From contig OZ024741.1 in NCBI GenBank assembly GCA_964016885.1, positions 387,872,001 through 387,936,000 on the forward strand: 64,000 nucleotides of DNA, written 5' to 3'. Each line of letters opens with the position of its first letter. Positions within the stretch are counted from its first letter, which is position 1. The notes beneath the pieces were generated by a model. It saw only the letters and a program-made list of their open reading frames with translations. It was not told where the DNA came from and did not search any database. Shown here one piece after another: positions 55,560 through 64,000 of the stretch. Source of the DNA: Eledone cirrhosa. Taxonomy: Eukaryota. The translations under genes were made by a program, and so were the position numbers.

Positions 55560-58500
55560 CAATATTAACACTCGAGGTGGTAGCAGTATTAAAACTGGAG
55601 GTGGTAGCAATATTAACACTGGAGGTGGTAGCAGTAATAACACTGGAGGTGGTAGCAATATTAACACTGGAGGTGGTAGCAGTATTAACACTGGAGGTGG
55701 TATAAATATTAGCACTGGAGGTGGTATCAATATTAACACAGGAGCGGGTATCAATATTAACAATGGAGGTGGTAGCAGTATTAACACTGGAGGTGGTAGC
55801 AGTATTAACACTGGAGGTGGTAGCAGTATTAACACTGGAGGTGTTAGTAATATTAACACTGGAGGTGGTAGCAGTATTAACAATGGAGGTGGTAGCAGTA
55901 TTAACACTGAAGGTGGTATCAGTATTAACACTGGAGGTGGTATCAGTATTAACACTGGAGGTGGTAGCAGTATTAACACTGGAGGTGGTAGCAGTATTAA
56001 CATTGGAGGTGGTAGCAGTAATAACACTGGAGGTGGTATCAATATTAACACAGGAGGTGGTATCAATATTAACACTGGAGGTGGTAGCAATATTAACACT
56101 GGAGGTGGTAGCAATATTAACACTGGAGCAGGTATCAATATTAACACTGGAGGTGGTAGCAGTATTAACACTGGAGGTGGTAGCAATATTAACACTGGAG
56201 GTGGTAGCTGTATTAACACTGGAGGTGGTAGCAATATTAACACTGGAGGTGGTAGCAGTATTAACATTGGAGGTGGTAGCAGTATTAACACTGGAGGTGG
56301 TAGCAATATTAACACTGGAGGTGGTAGCAGTAATAACACTGGAGGTGGTAGCAATATTAACACAGGAGGTGGTAGCAGTAATAACACTGGAGGTGGTATC
56401 AATATTAACACAGGAGGTGTTAGCAATATTAACACTGGAGCATGTATCAATATTAACACTGGAGGTGGTAGCAGTATTAACACTGGAGGTGGTAGCAATA
56501 TTAACACTGGAGGTGGTAGCAGTATTAACACTGGAGGTGGTATCAATATTAACACTGGAGGTGGTAGCAATATTAACACTCGAGGTGGTAGCAGTATTAA
56601 AACTGGAGGTGGTAGCAATATTAACACTGGAGGTGGTATCAATATTAACACAGGAGCGGGTATCAATATTAACACTGGAGGTGGTAGCAGTATTAACACT
56701 GGAGGTGGTAGCAGTATTAACACTGGAGGTGGTAGCAGTATTAACACTGGAGGTGTTAGTAATATTAACACTGGAGGTGGTAGCAGTATTAACACTGGAG
56801 GGGGTAGCAGTATTAACACTGGAGGTGGTAGCAGTATTAACACTGGAGGTGTTAGCAATATTAACACTGGAGGTGGTAGCAGTATTAACACTGGAGGGGG
56901 TAGCAGTATTAACACTGGAGGTGGTAGCAGTATTAACACTGGAGGTGGTAGCAGTATTAAGACTGGAGGGGGTAGCAGTATTAACACTGGAGGTGGTATC
57001 AATATTAACACTGGAGGTGGTAGCAATATTAACACTGGAGGTGGGAGCAGTATTAACACTGGAGGTGGTAGCAGTATTAACACTGGAGGTGTAGGCAATA
57101 TTAACACTGGAGGTGGTAGCAGTATTAACACAGGAGGGGGTAGCAGTATTAACAATGGAGGTGGTAGCAGTATTAACACTGGAGGGGGTAGCAGTGTTAA
57201 CACTGGAGGGGGTATCAATATTAACACTGGAGGTGGTAGCAATATTAACACTGGAGGTGGTAGCAATATTAACACTGGAGGTGGTAGCAGTATTAACACT
57301 GGAGGGGGTATCAATATTAACACTGGAGGTGGTAGCAATATTAACACAGGAGGTGGTAGCAGTATTAACACTGGAGGTGGTAGCAATATTAACACTGGAG
57401 TTGGTAGCAGTATTAACACTGGAGGTGGTAGCAGTATTAAAACTGGAGGTGGTAGCAGTATTAACACTGGAGGTGGTAGCAGTATTAACACTGGGGGTGG
57501 TAGCAGTATTAACACTGGAGGTGGTAGCAGTATTAACACAGGAGGTGTTAGCAGTATTATGCAAGGAGGTGTTAGCAATATTAACACTGGAGTTGGTAGC
57601 AGTATTAACACTGGAGGTGGTAGCAATATTAACACTGGAGTTGGTAGCAGTATTAACACTGGAGGTGGTAGCAATATTAACACTGGAGGTGGTAGCAATA
57701 TTAACACTGGAGGTGGTAGCAGTATTAACACTGGAGGGGGTAGCAGTATTAACACTGGAGGTGGTAGCAGTATTAACACTGGAGGTGGTAGCAGTATTAA
57801 GACTTGAGGGGGTAGCAGTATTAACACTGGAGGTGGTAGCAGTATTAACACTGGAGGTGGTAGCAGTATTAACACTGGAGGTGGCAGCAGTATTAACACT
57901 GGAGGTGTTAGCAGTATTAACACAGGAGGTGTTAGCAATATTAACACTGGAGGTGGTATCAATATTAACACTGGAGGTGGTAGCAGTATTAACACTGGAG
58001 GTGGTAGCAGTATTTACACTGGAGGTGTTCGCAATATTAACACTGGAGGTGGTAGCAGTATTAACACTGGAGGTGGTAGCAGTATTAACACTGGAGGTGG
58101 TATGAATATTAACACTGGAGGTGGTAGCAATATTAACACTGGAGGTGGTAGCAATATTAACACTGGAGGTGTTAGCAGTATTAACACTGGAGGTGGTAGC
58201 AGTATTAACACTGGAGGTGGTAGCAATATTAACACTGGAGGTGGTAGCAGTATTAACACTGGAGGTGTTAGCAATATTAACACTGGAGGTGGTAGCAATA
58301 TTAACACTGGAGGTGGTAGCAGTATTAACACTGGAGGTGGTATCAATATTAACACTGGAGGTGGTAGCAATATTAACACTCGAGGTGGTAGCAGTATTAA
58401 AACTGGAGGTGGTAGCAATATTAACACTGGAGGTGGTAGCAGTAATAACACTGGAGGTGGTAGCAATATTAACACTGGAGGTGGTAGCAGTATTAACACT

Positions 58501-61500
58501 GGAGGTGGTATAAATATTAGCACTGGAGGTGGTATCAATATTAACACAGGAGCGGGTATCACTATTAACACTGGAGGTGGTAGCAGTATTAAGACTGGAG
58601 GTGGTAGCAGTATTAACACTGGAGGTGGTAGCAGTATTAACACTGGAGGTGTTATTAATATTAACACTGGAGTTGGTAGCAGTATTAACACTGGAGGTGG
58701 TAGCAATATTAACACTGGAGTTGGTAGCAGTATTAACACTGGAGGTGGTAGCAATATTAACACTGGAGGTGTTAGCAGTATTAACACAGGAGGTGTTAGC
58801 AATATTAACACTGGAGGTGGTATCAATATTAACACTGGAGGTGGTAGCAATATTAACACTGGAGGTGGTAGCAGTATTAACACTGGAGGTGTTATCAATA
58901 TTAGCACTGGAGGTGGTAGCAATATTAACACTGGAGGTGGTAGCAATATTAACACTGGAGGTGGTAGCAGTATTAACACTGGAGGGGGTAGCAGTATTAA
59001 CACTGGAGGTGGTAGCAGTATTAACACTGGAGGTGGTATAAATATTAGCACTGGAGGTGGTATCAATATTAACACAGGAGCGGGTATCGATATTAACACT
59101 GGAGGTGGTAGCAGTATTAACACTGGAGGTGGTAGCAGTATTAACAATGGAGGTGGTAGCAGTATTAGCACTGGAGGTTTTAGCAATATTAACATTGGAG
59201 GTGGTAGCAGTATTAACACTGGAGGGGGTAGCAGTATTAACACTGGAGGTGGTAGCAGTATTAACACTGGAGGTGTTAGCAATATTAACACTGGAGGTGG
59301 TAGCAGTATTAACACTGGAGGGGGTAGCAGTATTAACACTGGAGGTGGTAGCAGTATTAACACTGGAGGTGGTAGCAGTATTAAGACTTGAGGGGGTAGC
59401 AGTATTAACACTGGAGGTGGTAGCAGTATTAACACTGGAGGTGGTAGCAGTATTAACACTGGAGGTGGCAGCAGTATTAACACTGGAGGTGTTAGCAGTA
59501 TTAACACAGGAGGTGTTAGCAATATTAACACTGGAGGTGGTATCAATATTAACACTGGAGGTGGTAGCAGTATTAACACTGGAGGTGGTAGCAGTATTTA
59601 CACTGGAGGTGTTCGCAATATTAACACTGGAGGTGGTAGCAGTATTAACACTGGAGGTGGTAGCAGTATTAACACTGGAGGTGGTATGAATATTAACACT
59701 GGAGGTGGTAGCAATATTAACACTGGAGGTGGTAGCAATATTAACACTGGAGGTGTTAGCAGTATTAACACTGGAGGTGGTAGCAGTATTAACACTGGAG
59801 GTGGTAGCAATATTAACACTGGAGGTGCTAGCAGTATTAACACTGGAGGTGTTAGCAATATTAACACTGGAGGTGGTAGCAGTATTAACACTGGAGGGGG
59901 TAGCAGTATTAACACTGGAGGTGGTAGCAATATTAACACTGGAGGTGGCATCAGTATTAACACTGGAGGTGGTAGCAATATTAACACTGGAGGTGGTAGC
60001 AATATTAACACTGGAGGTGGTAGCAGTATTAACACTGGAGGTGGTATCAATATTAACACTGGAGGTGGTAGCAATATTAACACTCGAGGTGGTAGCAGTA
60101 TTAAAACTGGAGGTGGTAGCAATATTAACACTGGAGGTGGTAGCAGTAATAACACTGGAGGTGGTAGCAATATTAACACTGGAGGTGGTAGCAGTATTAA
60201 CACTGGAGGTGGTATAAATATTAGCACTGGAGGTGGTATCAATATTAACATAGGAGCGGGTATCAATATTAACACTGGAGGTGGTAGCAGTATTAACACT
60301 GGAGGTGGTAGCAGTATTAACACTGGAGGTGGTAGCAGTATTAACACTGGAGGTGTTAGTAATATTAACACTGGAGGTGGTAGCAGTATTAACACTGGAG
60401 GTGGTAGCAGTATTAACACTGGAGGTGTTAGCAATATTAACACTGGAGGTGGTAGCAGTATTAACACTGGAGGGGGTAGCAGTATTAACACTGGAGGTGG
60501 TAGCAGTATAAACACTGGAGGTGGTAGCAGTATTAAGACTTGAGGGGGTAGCAGTATTAACACTGGAGGTGGTAGCAGTATTAACACTGGAGGTGGTAGC
60601 AGTATTAACACTGGAGGTGGCAGCAGTATTAACACTGGAGGTGTTAGCAGTATTAACACAGGAGGTGTTAGCAATATTAACACTGGAGGTGGTATCAATA
60701 TTAACACTGGAGGTGGTAGCAGTATTAACACTGGAGGTGGTAGCAGTATTTACACTGGAGGTGTTCGCAATATTAACACTGGAGGTGGTAGCAGTATTAA
60801 CACTGGAGGTGGTAGCAGTATTAACACTGGAGGTGGTATGAATATTAACACTGGAGGTGGTAGCAATATTAACACTGGAGGTGGTAGCAATATTAACACT
60901 GGAGGTGTTAGCAGTATTAACACTGGAGGTGGTAGCAGTATTAACACTGGAGGTGGTAGCAATATTAACACTGGAGGTGGTAGCAGTATTAACACTGGAG
61001 GTGTTAGCAATATTAACACTGGAGGTGGTAGCAGTATTAACACTGGAGGGGGTAGCAGTATTAACACTGGAGGTGGTAGCAATATTAACACTGGAGGTGG
61101 CATCAGTATTAACACTGGAGGTGGTAGCAATATTAACACTGGAGGTGGTAGCAGTATTAACACTGGAGGTGGTAGCAGTATTAACACTGGAGGTGGTATC
61201 AATATTAACACTGGAGGTGGTAGCAATATTAACACTCGAGGTGGTAGCAGTATTAAAACTGGAGGTGGTAGCAATATTAACACTGGAGGTGGTAGCAGTA
61301 ATAACACTGGAGGTGGTAGCAATATTAACACTGGAGGTGGTAGCAGTATTAACACTGGAGGTGGTATAAATATTAGCACTGGAGGTGGTATCAATATTAA
61401 CACAGGAGCGGGTATCAATATTAACACTGGAGGTGGTAGCAGTATTAACACTGGAGGTGGTAGCAGTATTAACACTGGAGGTGGTAGCAGTATTAACACT

Positions 61501-64000
61501 GGAGGTGTTAGTAATATTAACACTGGAGGTGGTAGCAGTATTAACACTGGAGGTGGTAGCAGTATTAACACTGGAGGTGGTATCAGTATTAACACTGGAG
61601 GTGGTATCAGTATTAACACTGGAGGTGGTAGCAGTATTAACACTGGAGGTGGTAGCAGTATTAACATTGGAGGTGGTAGCAGTAATAACACTGGAGGTGG
61701 TATCAATATTAACACAGGAGGTGGTATCAATATTAACACTGGAGGTGGTAGCAATATTAACACTGGAGGTGGTAGCAATATTAACACTGGAGCAGGTATC
61801 AATATTAACACTGGAGGTGGTAGCAGTATTAACACTGGAGGTGGTAGCAATATTAACACTGGAGGTGGTAGCTGTATTAACACTGGAGGTGATAGCAATA
61901 TTAACACTGGAGGTGGTAGCAGTATTAACATTGGAGGTGGTAGCAGTATTAACACTGGAGGTGGTAGCAATATTAACACTGGAGGTGGTAGCAGTAATAA
62001 CACTAGAGGTGGTAGCAATATTAACACAGGAGGTGGTAGCAGTAATAACACTGGAGGTGGTATCAATATTAACACAGGAGGTGTTAGCAATATTAACACT
62101 GGAGCAGGTATCAATATTAACACTGGAGGTGGTAGCAGTATTAATACTGGAGGTGGTAGCAATATTAACACTGGAGGTGGTAGCAGTATTAACACTGGAG
62201 GTGGTATCAATATTAACACTGGAGGTGGTAGCAATATTAACACTCGAGGTGGTAGCAGTATTAAAACTGGAGGTGGTAGCAATATTAACACTGGAGGTGG
62301 TATCAATATTAACACAGGAGCGGGTATCAATATTAACACTGGAGGTGGTAGCAGTATTAACACTGGAGGTGGTAGCAGTATTAACACTGGAGGTGGTAGC
62401 AATATTAACACTGGAGGTGTTAGTAATATTAACACTGGAGGTGGTAGCAGTATTAACACTGGAGGGGGTAGCAGTATTAACACTGGAGGTGGTAGCAGTA
62501 TTAACACTGGAGGTGTTAGCAATATTAACACTGGAGGTGGTAGCAGTATTAACACTGGAGGGGGTAGCAGTATTAACACTGGAGGTGGTAGCAGTATTAA
62601 CACTGGAGGTGGTAGCAGTATTAAGACTGGAGGGGGTAGCAGTATTAACACTGGAGGTGGTATCAATATTAACACTGGAGGTGGTAGCAATATTAACACT
62701 GGAGGTGGTAGCAGTATTAACACTGGAGGTGGTAGCAGTATTAACACTGGAGGTGTAGGCAATATTAACACTGGAGGTGGTAGCAGTATTAACACAGGAG
62801 GGGGTAGCAGTATTAACACTGGAGGTGGTAGCAGTATTAACACTGGAGGGGGTAGCAGTGTTAACACTGGAGGGGGTATCAATATTAACACTGGAGGTGG
62901 TAGCAATATTAACACTGGAGGTGGTAGCAATATTAACACTGGAGGTGGTAGCAGTATTAACACTGGAGGGGGTATCAATATTGACACTGGAGGTGGTATC
63001 AATATTAACACTGGAGGTGGTATCAATATTAACACTGGAGGTGGTAGCAGTATTAACACTGGAGGTGGTAGCAATATTAACACTGGAGTTGGTAGCAGTA
63101 TTAACACTGGAGGTGGTAGCAGTATTAAAACTGGAGGTGGTAGCAGTATTAACACTGGAGGTGGTAGCAGTATTAACACTGGGGGTGGTAGCAGTATTAA
63201 CACTGGAGGTGGTAGCAGTAGTAACACAGGAGTTGTTAGCAGTATTATGCAAGGAGGTGTTAGCAATATTAACACTGGAGTTGGTAGCAGTATTAACACT
63301 GGAGGTGGTAGCAATATTAACACTGGAGTTGGTAGCAGTATTAACACTGGAGGTGGTAGCAATATTAACACTGGAGGTGTTAGCAGTATTAACACAGGAG
63401 GTGTTAGCAATATTAACACTGGAGGTGGTATCAATATTAACACTGGAGGTGGTAGCAATATTAACACTGGAGGTGGTAGCAGTATTAACACTGGAGGTGT
63501 TATCAATATTAGCACTGGAGGTGGTAGCAATATTAACACTGGAGGTGGTAGCAATATTAACACTGGAGGTGGTAGCAGTATTAACACTGGAGGGGGTAGC
63601 AGTATTAACACTGGAGGTGGTAGCAGTATTAACACTGGAGGTGGTATAAATATTAGCACTGGAGGTGGTATCAATATTAACACAGGAGCGGGTATCGATA
63701 TTAACACTGGAGGTGGTAGCAGTATTAACACTGGAGGTGGTAGCAGTATTAACAATGGAGGTGGTAGCAGTATTAGCACTGGAGGTGTTAGCAATATTAA
63801 CATTGGAGGTGGTAGCAGTATTAACACTGGAGGGGGTAGCAGTATTAACACTGGAGGTGGTAGCAGTATTAACACTGGAGGTGTTAGCAATATTAACACT
63901 GGAGGTGGTAGCAGTATTAACACTGGAGGGGGTAGCAGTATTAACACTGGAGGTGGTAGCAGTATTAACACTGGAGGTGTTAGCAATATTAACACTGGAG
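55560..64000. repeat. Nested duplications: about 55.6-57.7 kb recopied at 61.2-63.3 kb; TGA-marked block in three copies; 58.7-59.4 kb recopied at 63.3-64.0 kb
   Basis: CGA 55573/61237 and GTAGGC 57091/62755 (offset 5664); ATGCAA 57559/63247 (5688); AAGACTTGA..TTTACACT..GTTCGC..ATGAAT with TGA at 57805/59389/60541 (1584, 1152); ATCGAT 59086/63694 (4608). Confidence 0.85.

Larger units (their letters stand above)
41392..57807 (+). other. Long open frame (TGGGSSIN)n, 5471 aa, Gly/Ser/Asn-rich; probably a repeat artefact
   Basis: From the ORF track. It ends at a GGA>TGA variant, and the same TGA recurs at 59389 and 60541 while the array continues unchanged. Confidence 0.1.
1..64000. repeat. 24-bp tandem repeat array (satellite/large minisatellite), about 2,670 head-to-tail monomers, consensus ACTGGAGGTGGTAGCAGTATTAAC
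   Basis: Every line consists of this monomer in one orientation. Common variants: AGT>AAT, AGC AGT>ATC AAT, second GGT>GTT, first GGT>GGG/GCA/GCG/GAT, ACT>ACA. Consensus composition on + is 8G:7A:6T:3C. The array is truncated by both window edges. Confidence 0.99.
41602..64000 (-). other. Stop-free reading frame of more than 7,400 codons, (VNTATTSS)n, Ser/Thr-rich; coding status unsupported
   Basis: The ORF track gives 41602..63252 (7216 aa, from a TTG created by a variant monomer). I see no stop in this frame up to the window edge. No non-repeat domain, splice context or synonymous bias is visible. Confidence 0.2.
41613..64000. repeat. Indel-free subdomain in exact 24-bp register (about 930 monomers)
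   Basis: From 41641 to the end, alternate 60-nt lines start at the same two monomer positions, so no net length change occurs. Confidence 0.95.

Noticed and set aside
16-63649. Plus-strand ORFs encoding (LEVVAVLT)n as membrane proteins
   Set aside because: Alternative frame of the repeat. Starts are GTG codons inside the monomer and ends are scattered variant stops or indels. There is no unique domain.
3028-63995. Minus-strand ORFs encoding (LILLPPPV)n as proline-rich/extensin proteins
   Set aside because: Another shifted frame of the same repeat, overlapping the others and repeatedly broken by the 23-bp monomers and variant stops.
1-64000. CRISPR array (24-bp partly palindromic repeat)
   Set aside because: The repeats are contiguous, with no unique spacers, leader or cas genes.
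1-64000. Telomerase-made telomeric tract like the long yeast repeats
   Set aside because: The G-rich strand and unit length are suggestive, but the monomer matches no telomere repeat I know, and kb-scale duplications of variant patterns indicate recombination or slippage rather than templated addition.
1-64000. Chi sites, V(D)J recombination signals or piggyBac insertions at TTAA
   Set aside because: CTGGAGGTGG is not GCTGGTGG, there is no heptamer/nonamer pair, and no TTAA is interrupted by inserted sequence or terminal inverted repeats.
1-64000. Purely artefactual or synthetic sequence (e.g. rolling-circle concatemer, GS-linker construct)
   Set aside because: Hierarchically shared variants at several divergence levels imply an evolutionary history. 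Local copy number may still be misassembled.

Overview
The whole 64,000 bp window is one head-to-tail tandem array of a 24-bp monomer, about 2,670 copies, consensus ACTGGAGGTGGTAGC(AGT/AAT)ATTAAC. There is no unique sequence, no inversion, and both ends run off the window. I see no recognisable gene, RNA gene, transposon or CRISPR array. The ORF track is a by-product of a 24-nt unit that is stop-free in four of six frames (TGGGSSIN and LEVVAVLT on +; VNTATTSS and LILLPPPV on -). Rare variant monomers act as markers and reveal the internal structure: (i) a core at about 11.4-28.9 kb built from reshuffled blocks, each ending in a 23-bp deletion monomer, including a 4,819-bp higher-order repeat; (ii) a near-identical 7,131-bp tandem duplication at about 28.7-42.95 kb whose copies differ at a G12 versus G8 tract; (iii) older homology between the window start and about 43-47.5 kb; (iv) a sharp split between 1-41.6 kb (31 indels by my hand count) and 41.6-64 kb (no indels, and a stop-free Ser/Thr-rich frame on the minus strand). 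Each monomer holds a 14-bp near-palindrome centred on TTAA plus a G-rich spacer. The best reading is a large, recently remodelled satellite/minisatellite array, probably eukaryotic. A giant mucin-like or Gly-rich repeat exon is an alternative I cannot exclude, but it is not supported by the substitution pattern. All counts and offsets were made by eye.
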